Made by a program: the position numbers and the translations under genes. DNA of 64,000 bases from Sulfurimonas sp. (GTDB taxonomy: Bacteria > Campylobacterota > Campylobacteria > Campylobacterales > Sulfurimonadaceae), in contig NZ_JALXBK010000044.1 of the NCBI RefSeq assembly GCF_026991475.1, forward strand, positions 6,283 to 70,282, given 5' to 3'. Shown here in pieces: positions 1 through 10,400 of this stretch. Below the pieces are notes generated by a model. It made no database searches. It saw nothing but the letters and a program-made list of their open reading frames with translations, and had not been told where the DNA came from. Each line of letters opens with the position of its first letter. Positions within the stretch are counted from its first letter, which is position 1.

Positions 1-510
1 AAGAAAGGTCCAGATATTTCAAATAGCTACTACATAGTTATTAGCATTATGCTCCTAGGTGTCTTTATTTTACTCTATCTCAAGAAAAAAGTACAAGCAA
101 AACAAGTGACTCCAAAAAAAGTAAAAAAGGCAGCATGGCTGTTTGAATCTACAAATAAAGCTCCAAAAAAGAGTCAAGAGACACAAGAAAATGAAAGTAA
201 TAATAATGTGACTATAAGATTTCAAAAAGCTATTGATGGAGATAATAGTGTTGTAATGCTAGACTTTGGTCCACAAAGTTATCTTGTTTTAATGGGAAAA
301 AGCAATATTTTACTTGATAAGTTTACAGATGAAAAGCCATCTTCTCAACAAGATTTTGAATCAATTCTTCAAAGTCGGCACGAAGAGTTAGAGTCTTTTC
401 TCTCTACTACACCCTCTACACCAAATAACAATCTAAAAGAGAAAAATCAAGAGCCACTCCAAGCATATAAAGAGAGAGCAGCAACGCTACTCTATAGTGA
501 TAACCAGTAG
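1..510 (+). CDS. 5'-truncated membrane protein, probable Campylobacterota-type FliO family
   Basis: Frame is open from base 1 (KKGPDISNSYYIVISIMLLGVFILLYL = TM helix). It is followed by the beta-rich segment VTIRFQKAIDGDNSVVMLDFGPQSYLVLMGKSNILL, which resembles the FliO domain. Confidence 0.45.
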   Translation, partial: KKGPDISNSYYIVISIMLLGVFILLYLKKKVQAKQVTPKKVKKAAWLFESTNKAPKKSQETQENESNNNVTIRFQKAIDGDNSVVMLDFGPQSYLVLMGKSNILLDKFTDEKPSSQQDFESILQSRHEELESFLSTTPSTPNNNLKEKNQEPLQAYKERAATLLYSDNQ

Positions 511-518
511 ATAAGAAG

Positions 519-1661
519 TTACTTCTTACTACGTTGGTAATTCTCTTTAAGCAGTTTTTTTATAGTTTTAATATTCGCTGCGTTTAACTCATATTTTTCA
601 TCCATCAATTTATTGATATGAAATACCTCTGTAACAGTAATACCATAAGGATCTTTTTTCTCTTTTTGCAGTTTACCAGCATCATTAAAACTATAGAGGT
701 AGAGTCGTTTTCTATTTGTTTGAATGTAGTATGTAACTACAATTTCATCAGAATGTTTTTTTTCTAAAGCTATAACTACACGCTGATTTTCATCATATTC
801 ATCATCTTGAATCTGTAGTATATTTTTCACATATTTTACGGCAATAAATCCAACATAAAATTTATTGTATAAATCATGATACCTTTGAATATTTTCATTC
901 ATTAAAAACTTCATATCTATAATATGGTTTTTATGCCCTCTGAGTGATTTTGTGATCCAACTCATTGTGTTATAATACCTAAAAGGATGTAATTTAAGCA
1001 TATGTGCTTCAATCATCTTTTTAGATTTTATTTTCTCTTTTGGCAAAAGTTTTCGCTTCTTTAAAGTTGTAATATACTCAAAAACTTTAGAGGCAGAAAA
1101 CTCTTTTGTAAACCATACTTTACAATATGATGGAAACTGTTTTGCTCCAGTAGCACCCTCATTCAATATAATAAGCGCCTTAATGGTATAGTTTGGAAAT
1201 ATTGTCTCAAGCAGTGCATATTTTTTTCTCAAGCGTCTACGTAGTTTCAATACTGATTTAACAAGTGTCATCTCTACAAAATAAAGTTCATTGTTTTTTG
1301 TAATAAACATAGCATCAAATTCACTGATTTCTCTACTTTTCGTTCGATAAACTATCTGTTCTTTCTCACTTATTGAGAGCGTATTTGCATAAGCTTTATG
1401 TCTGTTTTGATGAAAACCTTTAAGTATGAATTTATCAATATCTTCATTAGTCTCAGCATAACGCAGTAGTTTTTCATAAACAAAATTTTCATACACTTCA
1501 CCTTCAAATGAACGATAAGAACTTAAATATGCAGGATCATCTAGCTCTATTCCTTTTTCAACAAGAGAAAGCAAATGCCTTGTATTATAATCATAATGTA
1601 AGAGATTATCTGAAATGTCATCTGTTTGAAGATTTTTAATTGATTTACTTATTTCCAACAT
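519..1661 (-). CDS. hypothetical protein with PD-(D/E)XK nuclease-like N-terminal motifs
   Basis: 380-aa ORF whose TTG start overlaps the dusB stop; contains GEVYENFVY...EFDAMF...YFVEMT. Confidence 0.55.
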   Translation of the reverse strand: MLEISKSIKNLQTDDISDNLLHYDYNTRHLLSLVEKGIELDDPAYLSSYRSFEGEVYENFVYEKLLRYAETNEDIDKFILKGFHQNRHKAYANTLSISEKEQIVYRTKSREISEFDAMFITKNNELYFVEMTLVKSVLKLRRRLRKKYALLETIFPNYTIKALIILNEGATGAKQFPSYCKVWFTKEFSASKVFEYITTLKKRKLLPKEKIKSKKMIEAHMLKLHPFRYYNTMSWITKSLRGHKNHIIDMKFLMNENIQRYHDLYNKFYVGFIAVKYVKNILQIQDDEYDENQRVVIALEKKHSDEIVVTYYIQTNRKRLYLYSFNDAGKLQKEKKDPYGITVTEVFHINKLMDEKYELNAANIKTIKKLLKENYQRSKK

Positions 1662-2617
1662 TACAGTGTCATCTCACCATTTTTAAAAAACTCATCAATA
1701 ACATCTCTATATTGCTCAATATTGTCAATAGAATTTACTTGATTTCTAAGTGCAGATGCACCTCTGTAGCCTTTTGAATAAGTATGTGTATGTTTTCTAA
1801 ACATCGGCACCCCATGTGTTCCATAAAAGTCAATCATTTTATCAAAATGTTCCATAATAATTTCATGCTTAAGTTTTTGATCGACATACGCTTCACCACT
1901 ACGGAGTTGATGAAATATCCATGGAGCACCAACAGCACCACGACCTATCATCACACCATCTGCTCCAGTATGTTCAAGTACCCATTTTGCTTTTTCATAC
2001 GAATCTATATCACCATTAGCAATAACAGGAATACTCACTGCTTCTTTTATCTCTTTTATAGCATCATAATCAACTGCAGCCTTAAATTTTCCAGCACGGG
2101 TTCTTCCATGAACAGCTAAAAAATCAGCTCCACTATCTTCAACCATTTTTGCAATATCAATATGATTTTTTTCTTCAAAACCCAAGCGTATCTTTACACT
2201 TGTAAGATTTTTATTTGAAGTATCTTTTATAGTTTTTATAATTGCACCCATTAGAGGTAAATCAAGTAAGAGAGAACTTCCACTTCCATGTCCAACAACT
2301 TTAGGAACAGGACATCCACAATTCAAATCAATAACATCTATACCATCTTGTTCATTTAAAAGTTCAACTGCTCTACGAACAATATCTACATCAGCACCAG
2401 CGATTTGGACAGAATATGGATTTTCAAGAGGAGATTTTTGAAGCATATGAAGAGTTTTTTCTGATCCATGAGCTAAAGCATTTGAACTTAGCATTTCACT
2501 CACAGTCAAATCAGCACCAAATTTTTTTACGACACTCCTAAAAGGAAGATCTGTAAAACCAGCTAATGGTGCTAAGACATATACTGGTTTATCAAAACAG
2601 ATTGTATCATTCATCAA
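1661..2617 (-). CDS. dusB: tRNA-dihydrouridine synthase B
   Basis: LAPLAGFTD, DLNCGCP (catalytic Cys), VHGRTR, NGDI and MIGRGA motifs. Confidence 0.93.
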   Translation of the reverse strand: MMNDTICFDKPVYVLAPLAGFTDLPFRSVVKKFGADLTVSEMLSSNALAHGSEKTLHMLQKSPLENPYSVQIAGADVDIVRRAVELLNEQDGIDVIDLNCGCPVPKVVGHGSGSSLLLDLPLMGAIIKTIKDTSNKNLTSVKIRLGFEEKNHIDIAKMVEDSGADFLAVHGRTRAGKFKAAVDYDAIKEIKEAVSIPVIANGDIDSYEKAKWVLEHTGADGVMIGRGAVGAPWIFHQLRSGEAYVDQKLKHEIIMEHFDKMIDFYGTHGVPMFRKHTHTYSKGYRGASALRNQVNSIDNIEQYRDVIDEFFKNGEMTL

Positions 2618-2623
2618 GATTAA

Positions 2624-3643
2624 CTATACAAAAATATCAATATTAAAGTTTTTACCACACTCTTTTAGAGCACGATAGGCTTTAAAGTTTTGATACTCAT
2701 CTTTTTGTGAATTATCTAAAATTGCATCTGCAGGTGAATGCATACCTAAATCATAAAGAGTGAAAATATAAGCATCAATTGCATCTTCATTCTTCTCAGA
2801 AAGTACTTCAAAAAGTTTAATTCTATCTTCTGGAATCATATGTGCATTTGCAAGTTGCATAGAAAGCTGAATAAAATCTTTTTTATCTAGTTGCACATTC
2901 TCAACAAGAGAGACTAAATCTTCATTAGGAATATGTAAACTATTTTCATCAGCATTAATTCTTGAAAGAATAGTATTTAGAGTCTCTTTTGTAAGATAGA
3001 CTTTATATTTTTCAATATTTGCTAAAGGAGCTGTTTTTATATATTCTAAATATACTTCTTTACGTAAATCTTCACTATATTTTTCTTCATTAGATAAAAT
3101 ATCTTCTGCTTTCAGGTCACCCTTTTTAAACATATTTCTTGTATTTTGAATAACTAATTCATTATCACTACGAAGATTAAAACGTTTTAAATCTGCAACT
3201 TCACCACTCTTAATAGTTTCTATTGCATCTATAACTTTTTCTATCTTTTCATTTTTAATTTTACCTCTAACATCACCCTTAGGATAAATAATACTATTTT
3301 CTAGAAGAGTACCTAATAACTTGTATCTTGCAGTTTTAAAGGTATAGTGTCTCTCCTGTTTACCAAGATATGTATCCGCAATTTCATCAATGATTTTTTC
3401 ATAATCTTTATCATATTTACGTAGTCTAAAGTTTCCTAACATAGAATAAATTGCCATATGTGCAACACTTGCTAGATATAGCACAACAAGAGGTAACACA
3501 ACCCATAGCGCTACCGAAAGTGATGGTAAAGGAACACCAAAGAAATCTATATTCACAGTCGTCTGCGTAACATACGCATATACATACCAACCAACTAAAG
3601 CTATCCATATAAACGCAGCTATCGTATATCTTTTTAAATACAT
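2624..3643 (-). CDS. conserved Campylobacterota membrane protein (two N-terminal TM helices, helical C-terminal part)
   Basis: 339-aa ORF in the dusB-dksA-rlmH-accD block seen in Campylobacterota. Confidence 0.75.
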   Translation of the reverse strand: MYLKRYTIAAFIWIALVGWYVYAYVTQTTVNIDFFGVPLPSLSVALWVVLPLVVLYLASVAHMAIYSMLGNFRLRKYDKDYEKIIDEIADTYLGKQERHYTFKTARYKLLGTLLENSIIYPKGDVRGKIKNEKIEKVIDAIETIKSGEVADLKRFNLRSDNELVIQNTRNMFKKGDLKAEDILSNEEKYSEDLRKEVYLEYIKTAPLANIEKYKVYLTKETLNTILSRINADENSLHIPNEDLVSLVENVQLDKKDFIQLSMQLANAHMIPEDRIKLFEVLSEKNEDAIDAYIFTLYDLGMHSPADAILDNSQKDEYQNFKAYRALKECGKNFNIDIFV

Positions 3644-3655
3644 TTTAAGTCCTTC

Positions 3656-4012
3656 TTAATTAGATTTTTCTACAATTTCTCTACAATCAATACAGTAAAT
3701 TGCATGAGGTTTTACCTTTAATCTCTGAAAACCTATATCATCTTCACACATTTCACAAACACCATATCCACCATTAACAATTTTCAATAGTGCTTTTTTA
3801 ATCTCTTTTAACTCTTGCGTTTGTTGTTCATAAATAGCACTTTCAACCATTGAATTGTTATTTACAGATGCATGATCACCCTCATCTTTTAAATCTAAGT
3901 TACTTAACTCGTTCAACTCAACATTTACACTACTCAGATTAGTCTCTATCTGTTTTTTACGACTCTCTAAAATTTCTTTAAAATAATTTAACTCACTTGC
4001 TTGCACGTACAC
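3656..4012 (-). CDS. dksA: RNA polymerase-binding protein DksA
   Basis: Coiled coil with DEGDHA tip and C4 zinc finger (CEMC...CIDC). Confidence 0.93.
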   Translation of the reverse strand: MYVQASELNYFKEILESRKKQIETNLSSVNVELNELSNLDLKDEGDHASVNNNSMVESAIYEQQTQELKEIKKALLKIVNGGYGVCEMCEDDIGFQRLKVKPHAIYCIDCREIVEKSN

Positions 4013-4018
4013 TTCCCT

Positions 4019-4477
4019 TTATTTATGATATGGATGGTTACTTAATATAGAAAAAGCCCTATATATTTGTTCTAATAAAACTGCTTTTGCAATTTTATGA
4101 CTCATTGTTATTTTTCCTAGGCTTATAACAGCATTACTCTTTTGTAAAAATTTATCTTCAAAGCCATACGCACCACCAATAAAAAACTTTACATTCATTT
4201 TATCATTTATTAACTTACTAAATTCAAAACTATCTACAAGTTTTCCATTTGGATGCAAAGTTATACAGAAATCTTTCCCAATATAAGCTTCTAAAGCCTT
4301 TGTATATGCTTTTTGAGAAGCTTCTGGGGATATTGTGTGTGCTTTTGTTACATCTTTTGTAAAAATCTCTCTATCTGTAACATTAGCAAAACGGCTAATC
4401 ATCTTTGTTAAATCTTTATAAAGAGGATCATAAATCGTCTTTTCTTTTTTTGCAATTGACACAATTTCTATATTCAT
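4019..4477 (-). CDS. rlmH: 23S rRNA (pseudouridine1915-N3)-methyltransferase
   Basis: SPOUT motifs FFIGGAYG and [10 protein letters not shown]...[19 protein letters not shown]. Confidence 0.93.
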   Translation of the reverse strand: MNIEIVSIAKKEKTIYDPLYKDLTKMISRFANVTDREIFTKDVTKAHTISPEASQKAYTKALEAYIGKDFCITLHPNGKLVDSFEFSKLINDKMNVKFFIGGAYGFEDKFLQKSNAVISLGKITMSHKIAKAVLLEQIYRAFSILSNHPYHK

Positions 4478-5040
4478 AAAAGTAATCCACTACCAATCAC
4501 ATTATAAGTAACATTTTCAAAGTCATCATTTAATTTAACGCCACCAATTGCAGCAACTAAATGTTTTGAATGCGCAGCAATTTTATCTAATTGGTTACCT
4601 AAAACAGACGTAATATCTGTTTTTGTTGCTGTATTCCTAAATGCACCAAGACCAATGTAGTTTAAATCCATTTTATTTGCTTCGAGTACTTCTTCTTCAT
4701 TATGAGTGGAAATACCAAGAATTTTATCTTCATTTATAACAGAGCGTAAAATAGCGACTGCCTTATGAATATCAGAATCAATCTCTAGCAAATCTTCCTG
4801 TCCCATATGAACACCATCACAATACTCGGCGAGTTCATAAGCGTCATTTATGATTAAAAAACCCTCAAACTGCTTTCTTATAGCGATTAACTGCTCTTTC
4901 ATAAATGCAATATCACCATTTTTATTGCGATACTGAATAATTTCTGCGTTTTGTGTTTTTGCTATATCTACAAATTCATCTATAGATATACCATTTTTAT
5001 CAAGTATATCCTGATCACAAAGCGCATAAAGTTTCATCAA
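4474..5040 (-). CDS. thiE: thiamine-phosphate synthase family protein
   Basis: [25 protein letters not shown] and AAIGG motifs. Confidence 0.8.
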   Translation of the reverse strand: MMKLYALCDQDILDKNGISIDEFVDIAKTQNAEIIQYRNKNGDIAFMKEQLIAIRKQFEGFLIINDAYELAEYCDGVHMGQEDLLEIDSDIHKAVAILRSVINEDKILGISTHNEEEVLEANKMDLNYIGLGAFRNTATKTDITSVLGNQLDKIAAHSKHLVAAIGGVKLNDDFENVTYNVIGSGLLL

Positions 5041-5886
5041 TTAATCTTTTTTAAAAAATGCCAATAAATCTGAAAGCGTCTGTTTTAAGTTATTTCTATT
5101 AACTATCATATCTATAGAACCATGTTCTAATAAAAATTCAGCTCTTTGAAAACCATCGGGAAGTTCAGAACCAATAGTCTGCTCAATTACACGCTGTCCA
5201 GCAAATCCAACCAATGCACCCGGTTCAGCAATGATAATATCTCCAAGGTTAGCAAAAGAGGCACTAACTCCACCCATAGTAGGGTCAGTAAGTACCGAAA
5301 TAAATGGTAAGTTATGATTTGCAAGTTTTGCAAGAGCTGCAGAAGTTTTACTCATTTGAAGCAGTGAAAAAGTTGACTCTTGCATTCTAGCACCGCCAGA
5401 TGCACTTAAAATAATAAGACCTTGTTTTTTCTCAATTGCACGCTCAGCAGCACGAACAATTTTTTCACCTTCGACAGAACCAAGGCTTCCACCCATAAAA
5501 GCAAAGTCAAAAATCACAAGTTGTACATCTACGCCGTTCATTTTACATTCACCACTCACAACAGAAGATTTTCTTCCTGTTTTGGCGTATGCCTCTTCAA
5601 TTCTTTTTTTATAAGGTTTTTTATCTACAAACTTAATTGGATCAACTGGTTCTAAAGTTGCATCATACTCAACAAAAGTTCCCTCATCTGCCAATAATTT
5701 CAGTCTTTTGTCAACACCAATACGAATATGAAAACCACATTTTGGACAAACATAATTCTGATGTTCTACCTCTTTATAGTACATCAAAGAGTGGCATGAT
5801 TTACACTTAATCCAATGTGAACCAGCTTCTGCTTTTTCAGGTTGTTTTGTTTCAAATGTTTTTGTAAAAATATTTAATAAATTCAA
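5041..5886 (-). CDS. accD: acetyl-CoA carboxylase carboxyltransferase beta subunit
   Basis: Zn finger WIKCKSC...CPKC; FMGGSLGSV, SGGARMQE and PTMGGVSASF motifs. Confidence 0.96.
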   Translation of the reverse strand: MNLLNIFTKTFETKQPEKAEAGSHWIKCKSCHSLMYYKEVEHQNYVCPKCGFHIRIGVDKRLKLLADEGTFVEYDATLEPVDPIKFVDKKPYKKRIEEAYAKTGRKSSVVSGECKMNGVDVQLVIFDFAFMGGSLGSVEGEKIVRAAERAIEKKQGLIILSASGGARMQESTFSLLQMSKTSAALAKLANHNLPFISVLTDPTMGGVSASFANLGDIIIAEPGALVGFAGQRVIEQTIGSELPDGFQRAEFLLEHGSIDMIVNRNNLKQTLSDLLAFFKKD

Positions 5887-5965
5887 AAAAAATCCTTCAA
5901 TAATATATATCTGCTATATTATATCAAATTAATATTAATTTTAATGATTTTTTTGCACGTAGAAG

Positions 5966-6005
5966 AAAAAAACTAGATTCATCTGTAAAAAACAGACAAA
6001 TCTAG
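5966..6005 (-). terminator. intrinsic terminator after gltD
   Basis: Minus strand CTAGATT-tg-TCTGT-ttttt-ACAGA-tg-AATCTAG followed by a T7 tract, just after the gltD stop. Confidence 0.75.
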
Positions 6006-6012
6006 CAGAAAT

Positions 6013-7398
6013 TTATTTTAATAATGAAGTAATAATGCTTCTTGCAGCCTCACGACCATCAAACGCAGCAGTAACAACTAAATCAGCACCACGGTAACAA
6101 TCTCCACCGGCATAAATACCAGAAGTAGATGTTTCATGTGTCTCTTCATTAACAACAATCCCACCCCATGAATTTGTCTCAATTCCATTTTCTGCTAAGA
6201 AAGATGGAATAACAGGATCAAATCCAAGTGACATTATAACAACATCAGCATTAACTCTATACTCTGAATTTTTCACCTCTTCCATACGTTGACGACCTGA
6301 CTCATCTTTTGCACCAAGCGTTGTTTTTACAACTTCAACTGCAATAGCTTTTCCATCATCATTTAACACAATCTCTTTTGGAGAGACCAAAAATGTAAAG
6401 TCAACACCCTCTTCCATTGCATTTTTGTACTCTTTCTTACTTCCTGGCATATTATACTCATCACGACGATATAAACAAGTGACAGATTTCGCGCCCTCAC
6501 GCTTTGCAGTTCTTAAACAGTCCATAGCAGTATCACCACCACCCACTACAACTACATTTAAGTCTTTGAAATCAAATTTCTTTTCATAAGAGAGCTTAAA
6601 GTTTTTTCTTTGAATATTTGTTAAATAGTCCATCGCTTTATATACATTTGAACTATTTTCCCCTGCAATTCTAGCACTCTTTGCTTTTGTCGCACCAACA
6701 CCAATAAAAATAGCATCATGCTCATCTGCAATAGTTGCAAAATCAACATCATTTCCAACTTCACAATTGAGTACAAGTTTCATACCTGCTTCTTCAAGTA
6801 ATTTTACACGTCTATCAACCACTTTTTTGTCAAGCTTAAAGTTTGGAATACCATATGTTAAAAGTCCACCGGCACGGTCACTTCTTTCATACATAGTTAC
6901 CGCTATTCCTGAACGCAAAAGATATGTTGCAGCTGATAATCCCGCAGGACCACTTCCAATGATAGCTACTTTTTTATCTGTTGTAATCCCTGGAAAATCT
7001 GGTGTAAGCCCAGCTTTAAAACCAGCTTCTGTAATATGTGTTTCAACAGAACCAATAGTAATAGCACCATGACCATCATTGAGTGTACAATCACCCTCAC
7101 AAAGTCTATCGTGTGGGCAAACTCTTCCCATAACTTCAGGAAAAGGTGAAGGTTCATTTGAGAGTTTAAAAGCAAACTCCAAATCTTTCTCTGAAATAGA
7201 TTTTAACCATTGAGGAATATAGTTATGCAAAGGACATTTATTGAGACAAAATGGATCACCACATTGGATACATCTATCACTCTGCGTTGCAGCATCACCA
7301 CCATCGAACACCTCATAAATCTCACCAAAATCTTTTACTCTCTCTACTACCAATCTTTTCGAAGGCTCTATTCTTTCAGTATTTAAATATTCTCTCAT
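6013..7398 (-). CDS. gltD: glutamate synthase small subunit
   Basis: CIQCGDPFCLNKCP Fe-S motif, GSGPAGL FAD motif, GGGDTAMDC; adjacent to gltB. Confidence 0.95.
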   Translation of the reverse strand: MREYLNTERIEPSKRLVVERVKDFGEIYEVFDGGDAATQSDRCIQCGDPFCLNKCPLHNYIPQWLKSISEKDLEFAFKLSNEPSPFPEVMGRVCPHDRLCEGDCTLNDGHGAITIGSVETHITEAGFKAGLTPDFPGITTDKKVAIIGSGPAGLSAATYLLRSGIAVTMYERSDRAGGLLTYGIPNFKLDKKVVDRRVKLLEEAGMKLVLNCEVGNDVDFATIADEHDAIFIGVGATKAKSARIAGENSSNVYKAMDYLTNIQRKNFKLSYEKKFDFKDLNVVVVGGGDTAMDCLRTAKREGAKSVTCLYRRDEYNMPGSKKEYKNAMEEGVDFTFLVSPKEIVLNDDGKAIAVEVVKTTLGAKDESGRQRMEEVKNSEYRVNADVVIMSLGFDPVIPSFLAENGIETNSWGGIVVNEETHETSTSGIYAGGDCYRGADLVVTAAFDGREAARSIITSLLK

Positions 7399-7400
7399 TA

Positions 7401-10400
7401 TTAGTCTCCATTCTCTAGGTTAAGAGGTAGTTTTGTTAAATTTTTTGGTTTAACAAGCCAGAAGTTTCTCACTTCTACTCTAAAGTTTTCAAGCAGTTCT
7501 TGCGCTTTTTTACTTTGTGTTTCTACTACATAATCTTTCAGTAGGCGTTTGAGATAGTGTCTCGCTTCATCACCTTCATCTGTGTCAATTCTTACAGCTT
7601 CGACAAGTTCATGATTTACATTTTCAACAAATTCATGCTCTTTATCGTAAACAAAACTAACACCACCAGTCATACCAGCACCGAAGTTAATACCTGTTTT
7701 ACCAAGAATAACAACAACACCGCCAGTCATATATTCACAAGCATTGTCTCCTGTTCCCTCAACGATAGCAAATGCTCCAGAGTTACGAACAGCAAAACGC
7801 TCACCAACACTTCCAGAAATATAAAGCTTACCACCTGTTGCACCATAAAGACAAGTATTACCACCAGCAGAGAACTCTTCACCCTCATTTTGTGATGTAA
7901 TGATGATTTTACCACCATGCATACCTTTTCCTATGTAGTCATTTGCTACACCTTCAAGATAGATAGAGATACCATTAATCAAAAATGCACCAAGTGCCTG
8001 CCCTGCAATACCTGATAAATTAATTTTTATTGTATCTGGTTTAAGTCCTGCATCTCCATAATATTCAGCTATTTCACCACTTACCAAAGTACCAAAACTT
8101 CTATGAATATTTTTAATTTCTCTCTTAATTCTAATAGGCTGATCTGGGCTTTTAATAGCTGTCATTGCCTCTTTGAGTACATCTTTTTCAAATGCATTGT
8201 CATCAAAAGGAGGATTAAATTGTTGTTGATGCGTATTTACACCCTCTTCTTTATGTAAAATAGAAGAGAAGTCAAATTTTTTCGCAAATGCATCATCTTT
8301 TACTTTTAAAACATCTACATGACCTATCATCTCTTGCATTGTTCTAAATCCAAGTTCGGCCATAATTGCTCTTACATCTTCTGCAAGATATGTAAAGAAA
8401 TTAATTACCTGCTCAACTTGACCTTTAAAAAATTCACTACGAAGTTTCTCATTTTGTGTTGCAATTCCCACTGTACATTTGTTTACATGGCAAATACGAA
8501 GCATTTTACAACCAACAATCGTAAGAACACCTGTACCAAAAGCGTAACTCTCAGCACCAAGAAGTGCCGCTTTTACAATATCTAGTCCAGTCTTCAATCC
8601 ACCATCAGTTTGAAGCTCAACAAGTCCTCTTAAGTTATTTGCTTTAAGTGCATTGTGTGCCTCACTCAAGCCAATTTCCCATGGATTTCCTGCAAATTTT
8701 ATAGAAGTAAGTGGAGCAGCACCTGTACCACCATCACCACCTGAAATAATAATTTTGTCAGCATACGCTTTTGCAACACCTGCTGCAATTGTTCCAACAC
8801 CCATAGTAGAAACAAGTTTTACAGCAACTCTTGCTTTAGGATTAATCTGCTTCATATCAAAGATGAGTTGTGCCAAATCTTCAATAGAGTAAATATCATG
8901 ATGTGGTGGTGGTGAAATAAGCGTAACACCAGGAACAGTATGACGAAGCTTACCAATAAGCGGCGTAACTTTATGTCCAGGAAGTTGTCCACCCTCACCC
9001 GGTTTTGCACCCTGAGCAACTTTAATCTGAATCTCTTCAGCAGAACGAAGGTATGCAGGAGTAACTCCAAAACGACCAGATGCGACCTGTTTAATTTTTG
9101 AAACTCTCTCAGTTCCAAAACGGGCTTTATCTTCCCCACCTTCTCCTGAGTTTGATTGTGCTCCAATTCTATTCATCGCAGTAGCAATAGTTTCATGTGC
9201 TTCAGGAGAGATAGAACCAAGACTCATCGCAGCTGACGCAAAGCGTTTAAATATCTCTTCTTTTGGCTCTACTTCTGAAATGTCAATAGATTTTTTACCT
9301 GAATCAAATTCAAAGAAATCACGAATAAATTTCAATCCACGACTGTTAACCGTATTTTTAAGTCTATCAAAATTCTCTTGTGTAGGTTTTTTACTTACAG
9401 CATGAATAGCATGTATAACAGCAGGACCAAAATCGTGATGCTCTTGTCCTGTATAAAATTTATAGTAACCACCAATGTTTAATGGAAAGATTTTGTTAAA
9501 ACCACTTGTATCAAATGCATCTTTATGTGTTTTATCTAATCTTTCATCTAAATCTTCATAAGTTAAACCACTAAGTGTTGCGTTTGATGCTTCAAAACAC
9601 TCTTGTACAACATCTTTATGTAAGCCAAGAACATCAAAAAGTGCAGAGTTTCTATATGAAGCAATAGTAGAAATACCCATTTTTGACATAATTTTCAAAA
9701 GTCCACTGTTTAATGCAGTATGTACTGATTTATATGCGTCTGCACAATCTAAGTTTATAGTTTTAGATCTTTCTAACTGCGTCGAAACTGTTGCAAAAAG
9801 TAAATATGGATAGATAGCACTTGCGCCATACCCTATAAGAACTGCTGCACTATGAGAATCTACAACTTCACCAGTTACAGCAATCATAGAGATTAAATGA
9901 CGAATATTTTCTTCCAAAAGAGCTGTATTTAAGCGCCCAACTGCTAATGCCATTGGAATAACTTTATGCTCTTTATCTAAAGCGCTGTCATCTAAAATAA
10001 TAATACGACTTCCATCATTTTTAACAGAGTCAATCACCTTTTCAACTAAAGCATCAAGTGAAGCTTTTAAATCTGATTTATATGCCGTAGAAAATGTAGA
10101 GTTTTTATAAAAATCTTGGTATCTTGGAGATTTTACATCACCAAAAGATTTTAATACTACTAATTTTTCTCTAGTAATAATAGGAGAGATAGATTTTAAT
10201 CTTTGTGCATGCATTGGCACTTCATTAAGAATGTTGTGTACTTCACCAAAACCTGTATTTAAACTCATAACTACTTTTTCACGAATAGAGTCAATCGGCG
10301 GATTTGTAACTTGAGCAAATTTTTGTTTAAAAAAGTCTGTAAAATTTCTCTGTTTTTGAGAGAATGCTGCAAGTGGTGTATCATCACCCATAGAACCAAC

